Positions 1 to 12,245 of a DNA stretch of 64,000 nt are shown piece after piece. Positions within the stretch are counted from its first letter, which is position 1. The number at the start of each line of letters is the position of its first letter. Where the stretch lies: contig NMRA01000829.1 of the NCBI GenBank assembly GCA_002633005.1, positions 66,232 to 130,231 of the forward strand, in the 5' to 3' direction. The translations under genes and the position numbers were made by a program. The notes beneath the pieces are model-generated. The model saw only the letters and a list, made by a program, of their open reading frames with translations, ran no database searches and had not been told where the DNA came from. Source of the stretch: Phoronis australis (taxonomy: Eukaryota; Animalia; Phoronida).

Positions 1-200
1 CCCTCACCACCCCTTTACTGAATTCTGTATACACCAGTGTCATGGGTCGGTTACTCCAGCTTGCCTCTCAGTTTTAATGTGGGTTGAGCGTAATTAGTTG
101 AGGGCACTTATTGTCACTTTGCACGTGAGGATCAAAAAAAAATAAAACAAATAGCCGTTGCTGTTTTCTACGGTGGCTCAATGCAGACATTGAAACAAAT

Positions 201-324
201 AACATTACGAAAAATCACTTTTCTCCGAGGAAAAAAGCTTTCCGCCGAAATCTCCGCGATGGAAAGGTTTTCTACGCGGCGGAAATATTATCTCCGTGGA
301 GAAAAATTATTTTTATTCGTAGTG
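201..324. mobile_element. Small fold-back/MITE-like element
   Basis: cattacgaaaaatcacttttctccg at the left is an imperfect inverted copy of ggagaaaaattatttttattcgtagtg at the right. Confidence 0.45.
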
Positions 325-384
325 TTATTTTTTCAATGTCAGTAATCAGCTACCGAAGTTTTCGAAAAAAATCGTTCCTTCCTG

Positions 385-484
385 GTAATGCCTTCCTGCC
401 AATAGGTAGTTGGGTGCAGTAATGCCTTGCTGCCACTAGGTGCTTGGGTGCAGTAATGCCTTGATGCCACTAAGTAGTTGGGTG
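385..484. repeat. 34-bp tandem repeat, about 3 copies
   Basis: gtaatgcctt(c/g)ctgcca..aggt..ttgggtgca recurs at 385, 419 and 453. Confidence 0.85.
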
Positions 485-2019
485 GAATAACGGTTTGTGC
501 GAGTCTTCAGAATATAGGTTATGTTTCTCATGAAAATGGTCAACGAAGAAACCAGAAGCGACCGCTGGGGATCAAGAACGCTTACCCCTCGAGTCCAACG
601 CACTCGTGCACGTGAGGCCCTGGGATTTCTTGCACATGTTGGCTGCGACTTACGTTGCCGGTTCATTAGGCAAGAATTCGAAGTCGGATAAGAATGGGAA
701 TATTTTTAAACACCATAGCGCATCCATTAAGAATTCTGTCGACAGAGTTACTAAGTCTATCGATACATTTAATAGGTCTGTCGGTAGAGATAGTGCGTCT
801 GTCGATAGAGTTTGTAAGTGTATCTCGAGAGTTTGTGCAGTTGCTACAATCTATGGTGTAACGTGGCACTTATATAGATGCACCCGCATAAGTGCATTTA
901 GCGGAGTAAGGCTTACCCTGGGGCATATGTTTCGAAACGATAATTAGGGAGAAGCATCTGGTAACACATCAACCTTCACATGAAGACGGTACAAGAGACA
1001 GACAGAAACAAGAAAATAACGTTTCGCATGTAAATTCGAGACGAAATTTTGCTTAATCTAGGAACCACTACTGGTTCATAAGCTCAGCTAAAAACAAAAA
1101 TTCGTTGGATTTCCATTGTGGCTTCTGAAATGGGTTTTGGGTCCCTAGTTCCATTTTCAAGAGAATTATAGAGAAGTATATACACATATTATAGCAATTT
1201 TATTACGCAAGGTGTAGACCATTAAACATTTGTTTTGCATGATAGTAAATACTGCTGACGGTCACCAAATTATAAAATGACAACACGAATACCAACGCCT
1301 GGTCCTCCCCTTGACTGAACAACTTTCGCAAACTAATGTAAAATATGGACTGTACTCGGCTCATCTAAACGAGCTGGAAACCGATGAAGCATCAACGAAC
1401 ATAACCTACACATGCACTGAGTTCACGTCATGTAGACGATTCAGCAGTTCAGCAGAAGCGAGAATCTCGTAAAAACGCAAGATCACGTAAAATTTCACGA
1501 GATACCTACATGCATCGCACGCGAACCACGTGATAACACTATCTTCTTTCGTGAGATTCTTGAGTCAATGGATCTCATCTCATATTCCAGTGTCTAATAT
1601 TGGCTTGGCGACTGAAACATTAATGAACTTTATCGAAAAAACGACCTTTCAGTTTTCTCAAGCTTATAAATAATCTGAGTATGGAAACATCTGAGTCCGG
1701 TTTTATAACAGAACTTGTTCCGAATTAAAAGTCAATTATAGTCCCTGACGGAGGGCACAGGTTTACTGCCCGCTTGGTTAATGCCCTTACCTAATTTTCG
1801 AACAGATTTGTAAGTTTGCTCAAAGTGTGTTATCGCATTGTTCAATTTTGAAGTCGAGTTTGGAATTCAAACGTTTAAGAACTCGGGCCCAGGAGTTTCC
1901 ATTGCTTTGCAATTGTACAGTGTCCTCAAAGCTTGCAAGCAGGATATTACTTTCCGTCCTCTCACTAACAGTATCTTGACTGCAATGTTGCGAAGTGACA
2001 ATTATAGTCATCATGTTGT

Positions 2020-2462
2020 TCAAACCACAGTGGTGGTGAAGTGTGTAGTATCTTTGATAGGCGAGAGGACTTGTCCGGCCCTGCTATCGGTTTCGTTTGT
2101 CACTAGGGTATGAGTCTGGGCTAATGGAGACGATGGAGCGTTTGTCGGGCTCACCGCAACATCTGTTCCCTCTGCGGATTGAGCTTGTGAAAAGGAGGAT
2201 GTCACTTGTGTTTTTGTCTCTGACTGATGGACAACACCTTGAGCTATGCTTGAACTTGGGCTTCCACGCTGGACCAATTGCAAGACTTCGGACGTATTTG
2301 CTCTGTCCGGCGATATTGAAATGCCGAATACGGTTTCGTTGTCCTGTAAAAATTGTTGGTTCTGGTCACAGTTTTCTTTCGAAGGTTTATATTTCCACAC
2401 AGAGAACCGAGCCACAATAGCCAAAAGAAGCAACTCGAATATGAGACACAAGTGATGGATAT
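2020..2462 (-). CDS. OSTa-like terminal exon (TM7 plus about 120-aa Ser/Thr-rich tail)
   Basis: Branch-like ACTAAT plus ttacag acceptor at 2464-2463; open to TGA at 2020; phase 1 matches the donor at 3616. Confidence 0.8.
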
Positions 2463-5400
2463 CTGTAATGCATACAAGAGACATTGGATTAGTCGTGATC
2501 ATAGAGTAACACTTAGTACGAAGAAACTGTATGGAGGCGGGCACCTGACGCACCGGCACAAAATAGTCAATGATATCGTGTCCCCCCTACTGCACCGGGT
2601 TTTTCATGGAAGTGTGCGACTGTGGCCCGTCCTTGCTTAAGCCCAAGTCACGTTATCTATCATGGTCTGTATCCAGTGTAAGTTACGGTGCCGGAAATTG
2701 GAATCACTTTTGTTGAGTGTGACCGCCAATCGTGGCCAAGCTGAAGGTCGAGCCGAGAGCATGTGTTTTTTTAAACTACAACAAATCCTCCGAATTGTGG
2801 AACTAGAAAGCATGTGTACATTATTTAACCGTGAGTGCCATCTTTGAATGATGCACGCCTCTGCCAATGTCTTTGGTTTGTGCGTGTTAAGTTTTAACAA
2901 CTAGTCAGGTCCAACCCGTTGCCACTGGTTATTCTGTCCTCTGATCGGCTAAAATGCGGTACGACCATCCTGGTGGTGGAATATTTTTTTTCATTCATGT
3001 AGTCTGGACGTCAGGTGTCGCTATTCGCGATCAGTCCAGTCAGATGCTGTAAGCCAAAAACCCTGACAACGAAGCGAGCAGACAAAAATTATCAGTACCT
3101 CAAAACACGCATGCAGAAACCAATCTAATAAGAGGAAAGAAGAATTAATGGTCGCAACTAAACAAATATAGACCCATCCCTATGGTGATATCAGGTTACA
3201 AGGAGCGAGGGAGAGCGATGTTGCCTGAGGTCTTCGTTCCCCTTTTCGTTTAATTTTGACCAACGGAAGCCAGTGCCATCCCCACGTTACTGCTCATAGC
3301 ATTGTGATTCTAGCCTTACATTTGGCTGGTCACGCCTTGCACCTTTAATGAGTGTTGAGTTCTACTTATCTCCCTAGCCAGCAGGAAACCCTCGCTGACC
3401 AAAGTCATTATTAATACACGCACACTACTGCTACTTTAAGGGCATAAATGCTTTGCAGCTTGATGAAAATCATCTCATCATTTCCTTGGCCTGCTGTTGC
3501 ATGTAATCGCATAAATTTCGACTATCCATAAACGTTTCAAAAAGTGCTGTATTCTGTATTTAATGATTTTTCCTACCTAAGCTGCCACGTATAGTAATGA
3601 ACGGTGTGCGACTTACGTGATCCTCTTCCATAGGACCCGATGAGTAAGGCTGGATTACATCCGATAACATCGGACGCGGCAAGTACGCGAATGAAAATGA
3701 GCTGAAGGTCGCAGCAGAGAATAATGGGATATAGTAGGAGTAGTTTCTCGTCTGTCTTGTACAGTTTGCGAACCTCTGTAGGAAACATGCGATTGGCGGT
3801 GGATACACCCAACATTCCAAAAAGCTTGGATATCAAGAGCACGGTATGCAGTGGCGTTACTATGGCAACTCGATGCTGAAATGTCCCAAATAGAGCCCAA
3901 TTCAAAATGCATAACAAGATGTCCACAAGAAAATAAGCTGGTAATAGAATGATCAAGAGGGGCGGGATGCAACTAGTTTTTCTCACAAATAACTGTGGGG
4001 GACAACATTCGCGCAACGCTCACACTGGACCGACAATTCAGTAAACAATGCCACTTCAAGCCTCCGGCGCTAGCCAAGTCTACATCGCTACTCAACATCG
4101 AGAATGAACTTAATTTGTTCTGATATTAAAATGAAACTCTACACATTCTATTTAGACACGTGTCGTGTAGTCGAAAGCGGCGCTCAGTGAGTATTCCTTC
4201 AACACGCGATGAATTCCATTTGGTTGCAGGCTGACAGTTACCAATTAAAACGAAAACATGCTCCACGAACCCTAGAAACCAGTAAGAGCTGGTACATGGA
4301 ACGAGCACAAAGAAGCAAAACCGTCGTTGGGTGACACTTACGTCTCCTTCGACTATCCCGTCCGCCTCTAACACTTCAAGCGTAACAAGTAATATGCCAT
4401 GGATCAACGGTGACTGAACGACAAGAATCCGAAGTCCCCAAATTTGAACTCTGTAATTTACGTAGGAATAGTAGTATCGCAGTTATATGGAATATGCCCA
4501 GGGGTGCGTTCCTTAGAGCAAATTTCTTGGGAGTTTGGTAAGATCGCGCAAAACCACACAAAATCAGGCGAGTGCTTCGCGGGCACACTTGCTCGAGACC
4601 CTACTGGACCAAATTATGTAGAAAACTCACGGTTTTCGTTCAATAACTGAAGATTTCTTTCCCCACGTATCTCACCAGTTCTTTGCGTTAACGGAACGCA
4701 GCCTTTTATATCTTTTTCCAGCAACTGGAGTTGGCAGAGCCCCAAAGTATCGATATGTGTGAATTTAAACGTTAATTTAACTTGCTTTAGTACTGGAGGC
4801 CTTCGTGTGGCAGAAAAATTAAGCCTATCATAGATTGTTGCGTAAAGGTATTTTCCCCTTTAATTCAACACTTAAGAACACTGGGTGAATTTCGTCAGTC
4901 GAAAGACATCACTAAAGTTCTGAACTGCAATATTTCGTAATGGTCAGCCCTTTTTGTTTTTGTCTTCGTGTACTAGTATTAAAGATTTGTGGGCATTTTC
5001 CCGAGGAAACTTTATCACGTATGGCGGCTGTTAAATAAGTGTCCAATGCATCATTGAGCTGTCATTCATAACGGCGGCGGTAGTGCAACGCCAAAAATAA
5101 AAATCAAACCGAAGAATTCATATCAAATTCAATTGAGTTTGATTATGTTTCAAATAGTGTTGAATGAGCATTACTTGGGCTTAAGTTTCGACTGAACTAG
5201 CTTGCGTCAAAATCCGTTTTATGACGTTTTTAACTAAACTGAAGTCTTAAGAGTGTTTTTGAGATGTACGCAATAGTTGATGTTTGCGATTTCTGCGACT
5301 CCGACTTAGGGATACCTATAACACACAACCGCGCCTGGCGGTACTTTTCAAGTCGTTTTTGATGTTCTAAAAATTTACTCAAATCGCTATTAAACTGGTT

Positions 5401-8400
5401 ACAAAAACATATGTGAAAACATATTTGATTGAAAGTAGGAGTTATGCAAAAAACAGAACCAAGCTTCAGGCATTTAAGTGGCATAGAGTGCGAGTAACAG
5501 GCCAAATAGCATTATTCAAGGTGGTTCTCTTACACTGAAACAGAAGTCAAACTGTTCACCAGGTTTCTTAAGGTTTCGTCGTAAAAATATTGAATTTCTG
5601 TTGAAGTCGAAGCATTTTTCCTTTAGTTTCAAATTTCAAAAAACGACCTGCCTGTCGCGTCTCCGTATTTGATATGGCAAGACAGACGTAGCACCTTTCC
5701 CTTACATGGAAAATGTGACCTTTGACCTTTGATGTAACCGAAATAATGGCGATTTCAAGCAGCAACCAGACTGACTGCATAGAGAGCACGAGGAGTTTCC
5801 AATATTCAAAATGTATAACCCTCACGTTAGCGTCGACACTGTTTACAGGGTATTTTTACGAGTTTTCGAGTTCCATGCTTCTTTAAGGTTTTTCCAGGGC
5901 GTTCCGTAGACCTAGGTTCTTGAGAGAAAATCAAGATCTCGCAAGACCTTACAAAATCACGCGAGCGAAACGTGAGGGTTTCTCGAGTGTGTTCAGGAGT
6001 TTAATAGTCTATCCTAGCAAAGTGTCTGCCACTGAAACTATTAGTCTTCGAGGTTGGAGTGTTGCATTGGGGGATTAAGATAACTGTTTCCGTTCCGTGA
6101 AAGCAAGCTAACGTGTCTCCTCTTGCAATCTACGGAACGCAACATAGCTATGTTCTTCATCACTGTCGACTCTGCTGAGCTGAATGTATAGTGAATGGAA
6201 TAGAAAAAAAAACACTTAAAGGGAAATTTTCGGTGAGAAAGCAAGTCTACAGAAGTTATAAATAGCGCAACTGAATCAAATCCACAAACTCCGCAGTTAC
6301 CTGCCAAACGCTCTGCCGCTGAGTCAAAACCCGACTCGTTACATGGCAGATTATTTTAAATGCGGTTTTTGGTAAGGACACCGGCCTTGTTTTCAGTAAA
6401 TGTTTGACAGACAAAATAGATATGAAATAAAATCACATAGACAATAACTTCAAGAGGTCTCTCTCATCCAACAATAACTTCAAAAATGCGTTTTTTCGGC
6501 CGTAAAACCAACAATATCCCTTTACACCTCACCTCTGTTTTCCAATGAAACGTAAGCTCCTCAGCCTGGGGTAAAGCTTATCGATACTGGCCACGGAGCT
6601 CATCGTCATTTTCCAACAACTTCTGTCGGCCAAATAAGAGCGCAAGAAGAGACGGAGTAACTGATGCTGACATACAGACACATAACTGGAATAGCCATGT
6701 AAAAATGAGCAGACGATTTTATATCACAGTAAAAGAATAATGTACCCCGTAAGTACCGCCGGTAGTGAGCAGCGCCTGTGTTTAACTAACCATCTTAGCG
6801 TTTGTTTTGGCAAAACGAGAAAAGAGTCGGAAATGGCTGTAGTCGACAACCACAAATATGAATCACGTACATGATGAAGCTGTGCTGGTTGCTGGCCTAT
6901 GGCGGTGACAGTTCACACCTACGGGCGACACCACCTTCGTGAGCGAGTCATTACAGTGGTTGCAGCTTGCGTTTCAAAAAAGCACTCCTACTAGGTGGAG
7001 ACGGAGCAGAGAGGGAAATACCGACTTACGGCACCTATGTTTAGCAAGCACCTTCTGCGTGCATGCCCATTTAGCAACGCAAAGGTAACAAATGTTTGAC
7101 GTACACATTATATTTTTTACCTCTCAAGCTGTAATGCTTTCTAGCGCTTTCTGGGCTTAACTATCATTATTGTGCTTTGTATTTTTCGTAATAAACACTA
7201 AAAAACCAGTGGCGTGAACGGGCAACGCTGCAGTCTTGACACAACAAGCGAACTCCAACGGATCTTGTTACCAACTGGAAATCGGTGAAGTGGGACTCTT
7301 TATACACTTCCGGAACTCACAATGCTTGCATCCGGGTACCCAACAGCTATCAGACATACTGAATAAGACTCAGAGAAAGGCAAGTAACTTGTTACAAGCT
7401 GTCGAATGTCGAATATTATGGCGGATTCAACGTGCATATAAGCAAAGATGGCGAGGAATGTGGTTTGGGTCACGGTTATTTACGGAGTGACCCATGCATA
7501 ATTAATAACAACCCGGGGAGCTTAATTATATTACACTGAAAATTTTTCTAAGAGTTACCACAAAACGACATTTCTAAAAAGAAAAAAACTCTTGCCTTCC
7601 CCTTTAAGTAGAACTTGCCCGCTAATTCCTTATCTCTGTAATTGTTTGATCAAATTAGTTAAAAACACAACATATAGCAACGATGCGAATATAAAGTACA
7701 TTGAAAATTTCCAAACGTTTTTAAGAACGAGTTTTGTGTCAAAAATGATCCGCCGTTAATCAACTGTGTCCAGTAAGTATGGTGACGTCATGTTGGAGAA
7801 TAGCGCTGCATGGTTGGGGCTATATGAGCCCTCACGGTATGACGTCATTAGTGCGATGGACACTTATTTGCAGATTTTTTTGTTTGCACATTTACAAGTT
7901 GTCAATGAATACAACTGCCATTTAGCGTAAATTATGCTCAAATAGTTCGTGCTATACATTGACATAGTTAGGAGCATGCAAATACATCTTTAAGGGAAAC
8001 AGATCAATCTGGAACACGTAAGCCTGCTCGATATGTTATTACAGCACTTATTGTGTGCAATATCTATGTAACAATCGTTACGCTGGTCATTGCCTCTGCA
8101 TCTCTGACTCTATCGAGACTAGCATTTTACTTACAAAGACACCAAGTGGTCCAAACTATCCGCCGCCCTCGGTACCAGCATGGCCACAAATGAACACAAG
8201 GCAACTACCTACAACATGAAAATACCAAAGAGTTGAAATGCGTGTGTTTAGTTAAAGTAAAAAAATGAGGTTGATATGAACGCTGTCTTCAGCCAGCGTT
8301 TTGGGAGGAATAAATCCAGCTTCTCATCGAAACTGCGGCTCGACATTTTCGGGATGTTGCTAAAATCGACGTCTTCTCCAAACGACGACTTATTACTACA

Positions 8401-9873
8401 CACTCACACATTGTCAATACTCTCGTTGAAAAATGAAAGACTCGCGTAAGTCGTCACTTTGACGAGTTAAATGCTAACGTAGTAGCCACGAGACACTGGC
8501 CACGGAGCACTGGGCACGGTGCACTGGCCACGGGTCACTGGGCACGGTGCACTGGCCACGGGTCACTGGGCACGTGCACTGGCCACGGGTCACTGGCTCA
8601 GGAATAATGGTAGAGTAAACCTAATTTTCGTCAGTACTTAGCTGTCAAAAAACGAAATGCGAATTTAGCCACTTTCACTCGTAAAATTGGTTTCCTACCT
8701 TATCTTATGGAAAGATTTTTTCATTACCTACAAGAACATCCAAACCATGTGGTTGGCCAACCTTAAAATTGTAAATTCAAAACTGATGACGCATGTTCGC
8801 ATTGCGACTGACTTGACTGGCCCTCGATTCAGGTTCGAGTGAGTGTGGTAAAGTTTTAACAGTCGTTCATAAAACTATTGTCACACTGGCAATGGTTACT
8901 GAGATGTGCACAACACTGGCTGATAAACAGTGGCAAAATCCCTACATGACCGCACGAGCATAAGTCCTGCTGATTTACATGTTAGACAGGAACGCAGAAT
9001 GAGGTTTGGTTTCTAGGAATTGTTACAGCCTGGTTATCGTTGTTATGATTGATTTTCGAAAACATCAACCAACATCAACCGGAGTACTAGGCCCTGGGTA
9101 AAAGATGTTGAACGTAAAAGGCGGTGAACAAACAACGGTTTGTTAGTTTCTTCAATTATGCATCAATTAAAAGGGGTTTCGTTTAGTATTAACATACAAA
9201 GACAGCAACACATTTGCAGCACACAAATTTCTGCCACCCTCAGAGTTCCCATAAACCCACCCTTTCACCGCTATAAAAGACTGGCCTCAGCTTGTTTGTT
9301 CCTTCTTGAAGCAACAAGTGATTTCTCGCATTGGAAAGAACTAACAGCTCATTAACATATTTTGTTTGGGTATTTGAAAAGTTGAAAAAGTTTTACAATG
9401 GTAACTGATTTAAATAAAAACGTTTTTGGCGGAATGCCGGTGGGGTAGCATTGAAAGAGCGCTTTTGTAAATTAAAGTCCATCTTAAAAACTTCGCTTAG
9501 TGGATACAATTAATTAGGAATTGTTCATTTTTGTGAGGCTAAAATACACCTACCCAGTAGATGGTCAGCTGCCATCCGGTCAATAGTGTCTTTTCAAACT
9601 GGTTGATGGCACGTGCTTGCACCATGCTGACGTCGACAGAGATGAGGAATATGATGACAGTAAATGAAAGGCAGACGAGGACCATTCCAGCTTCTACGTC
9701 AGACCAATCTGTGTAAGAGCGACAGTTTAAGTAAAAAGACAATGATTGTTTTTCTGTCTGTTTAGAGTCATGAAAACCCGCCGTCGTCAAGAAACTATGT
9801 TTTGTACCTGGTATCGCCTTATTCTTTTCTCGAAGTGATTTCCAGGCTTGGGTGAAAGTGACGGTCGTTTTCG
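2020..9873 (-). CDS. Organic solute transporter alpha (OSTa/SLC51A)-like 7-TM protein; 5' end unresolved
   Basis: Minus-strand GT-AG exons with matching phases: (9873-9808 tentative), 9708-9554, 8208-8135, 6685-6533, 4450-4342, 3875-3617, 2462-2020. The joined peptide follows vertebrate OSTa (recalled) segment by segment: VVALCSFVAMLVPRA ~ VVSVLCCFGLWIPRS; LRILVVQSPL...LEADGI ~ LMLGPFQYAF...LVPDGI; EKLLLLYPIILCCDLQLIFIRVLAASDVIGCNP ~ AKFALFQVLLILTALQPSIFSVLANGGQIACSP; IHHLCLIFELLLLAIVAR ~ MNCHLLILETFLMTVLTR. Confidence 0.8.
3617..3875 (-). CDS. OSTa-like exon (TM5-6)
   Basis: tttcag|CAT ... C|GTAAGT; LQLIFIRVLAASDVIGCNP. Confidence 0.82.
4342..4450 (-). CDS. OSTa-like exon (TM4)
   Basis: ttacag|A GTT ... 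GAC|GTAAGT; VQIWGLRILVVQSPLIHGILLVTLEVLEADGIVEGD. Confidence 0.8.
6533..6685 (-). CDS. OSTa-like exon (TM3 and intracellular loop)
   Basis: ttccag|T TAT ... AG|GTGAGG, phase 2 to 2; YVSVCQHQLLRLFLRSY. Confidence 0.75.
8135..8208 (-). CDS. OSTa-like exon (TM2, PR motif)
   Basis: ttgtag|GTA ... TT|GTAAGT; VVALCSFVAMLVPRAADSLDHLVS. Confidence 0.82.
8494..8597. repeat. 14-bp minisatellite (cactgg[c/g]cacgg..), about 7 copies, in an OSTa-like intron
   Basis: Direct inspection. Confidence 0.9.
9554..9708 (-). CDS. OSTa-like exon (TM1)
   Basis: acacag|AT TGG ... TGG|GTAGGT; DVEAGMVLVCLSFTVIIFLISVD...WQLTIYW. Confidence 0.78.
9808..9873 (-). CDS. OSTa-like tentative upstream exon
   Basis: Polypyrimidine plus caag acceptor, donor CAG|GTACAA, phase 1 compatible; no conserved motif. 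Confidence 0.45.
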
Positions 9874-11480
9874 CTTGAGGCCAACAAAACGAACAGTAGA
9901 GAAAAATATGATGATCTATTTTGAATGCGCGAATATGGGTTGGAACGATCATTATTTTCTCATGGATTTCGACAATAGCGGTTTTGACAACAACTTTGTA
10001 TATTACTGTCTCGGCGTCCTTTGCACAGAAAAAAGAGAAAGACGGCGTTTAACGTAGCTGTGAAAATAGTCTTTCGCGGGAAATCCTAGCAACGATTGCG
10101 GGCTGAACCAAAGCAAGAAACCCCTTTTCATGAAGGCAGGCTTACACGCCGCGAGGGTATCAAGACGAGGTAAGAACGACGGCTGAATCGGTTTACTCAC
10201 CAAAGACAACGTCCAATGACCTTGTGCAAATCGAGCAGACGTATGACGCCGATCATCCAAACTAAATCCATTGAAGCGATCTGAGGCAAATAAAATCAAT
10301 GTGCAGTCGCACACGCCGACTCCATGCAGTCATGAACACCAACCTTGTCAACAACACGTCTGCAATGACTGAACAAACCAGCACAGTGTTGACTGACTTG
10401 TGCTCAACCATGTTCTCATCCCAAAAGGTTTATTGAAGTGGACACGCAAGAAAACACGATAAGAAACATCGAATCATGTGTTATCCTGTCTTGTAAACTG
10501 TTCACAACACCATATTGAATAACTCGCCAGCTGATTTCCAGACCATTCTGGGAAGGGTGTCTGGGATGTGATTCCCTCCCCCTAATAATCGCCGGTTTGG
10601 TTGGGCAAAAAAGGAAAAGGTTTGACACAGAGAGCCATGCGCCTTTTAAATAAGGCTCTCCAAACTTGAATATTTTACAAAAAACGATTGCGTGTGGACT
10701 TTCTGTTCGTTTGTGATAAATTTGCTGTTCACCTCCAGCTGAGCAGGATTCACGTGGAATCAGACACGTCCATCACTGCGTGACCGCCTTTCTCTCCAGC
10801 ATCGACCTCTGCACCCAGTTCGCTTACCAACTTATGGTACATGGCGTCGTCGCCATAGTCAACAAGTTCGAAGAGACTGGATCCTCCACCTGGCATCAAA
10901 CAACGAACAGGAGTACATCGCCAGCTACTAACCCCATCCTGGGGTGTCCATGACGTTTGAAGGCTCCACCCACTCAACAGTTGGTGAGGCAGTGGCCACA
11001 ACGGTACTTGAGCTTAGACAAGCATGGTTCCTACATGGGGCCATAGCTGCAGTAGTATCCTTTCCTGACAACTGGACATCTTCCACGAGATGAAATCACG
11101 CACTGGTGATACCCACCCCAGTATCCCGTTACTGATTAATTGCTTTTTTGTTGTGGTCTCAAGCAATAACGAGCTGCCAATTCTTTCTGCTTAAGAAAAA
11201 AATTGAGATCATAATAACTAGCCTAATCAAAGGTTATTTGTTTCGCCGAAGGTGGGTTCACAGCCTGGTTTTTCACAACAACTCCAACAAGTGCCTTGCA
11301 CAGTCTGGAGACAACAAGCTAAACACACGCACACTGCGCGAGTGGTGGTGAATCTTTTGGTTATCGAATTGCTTGGAAAAGCATTTGCTGAATGTTGAAC
11401 TGCTCCGTTCTTCATTATACATGTAGCGAATAAAACGCATTTGTCGTTACTTTTTGTTTGCGATGTATGTGTGTTTTTTT

Positions 11481-12245
11481 ATCCCATACGCGTTGAATCT
11501 GTCGAAGGAAATACGGCCATGTAATAAAGTTTTCCGTATTCACCTCCCGCACTACTTCAACACTAACCTCTGACATAGACAGTTCGTAAGGTAGGTCAAT
11601 GTCGACTCGACGTCGTTAGCCCGTTCGATCACCAAACTTTCGAAAAATAGTTTAAAGTAATACATTTATAGTAGTGTAAATAACGCTCAACATACAATCA
11701 GGTCTCAATCGTAACATCTGTAACAGGACTGTTAATTATATGACAGTTCTGTCAGTTTTAATTTGCTAAGAATTTTATCGTCTGCAACTCAGGCGCCGAT
11801 TCCTCGGTAACTACATTATCAACTATTGTTGTTATTTAACTATTTTCAGGAGATGTAACAAGTTCAATAAAAAGTTACCCTCGTTTTCATTTATGTTATC
11901 TCTTTTCAAGTACTAAATCGTCACATTTAAAACTGCTTCTTTTACTGGAGAAAACTTGCACGCTAACGCGCAAGTATATACATAATTATAGGATGTGATC
12001 CGCTACGTGAACACTAGTCTGGGTGAAGTACTTTAAAAATCTGCAGAAAAAATGAAAGGATTCAGGAATTCGAAGCGTATGGGATAAATACAAAACGTAG
12101 CTCGATTGGCGTACATGAAGCAATATCCCACTCGATATTATTCCGGGTATCGACCTCGATCCTTCGATCTTGGTCGATACGCGTAATATTGTCTTGTGGA
12201 ATAATACTTAATGTACGCCACTCTCGATACGTTTTGTGAATGTAT
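11481..12245 (+). mobile_element. Non-autonomous interspersed element (copy 1) with ATCCCATACGC inverted repeats and a long 3' hairpin
   Basis: Colinear reverse-complement similarity to 41345-42247; IR at 11481 and 12075-12085; palindromic segment about 12086-12242. Confidence 0.8.

Noticed and set aside
1741-1775. Hammerhead-ribozyme-like CTGACG(G)A-GGGCA...TGCCC
   Set aside because: The essential GAAA and stem III/cleavage triplet are missing; at best a dead relic
3876-4016. ORF segment RECCPPQ as the OSTa Cys-rich loop
   Set aside because: It lies after the TM4 exon, so it is in the wrong order, and the alignment resumes only at the 3875 acceptor; treated as intronic
10740-11125. GC-richer block with an 83-aa minus-strand ORF
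   Set aside because: No recognisable motif or compatible splice structure; probably a decayed repeat
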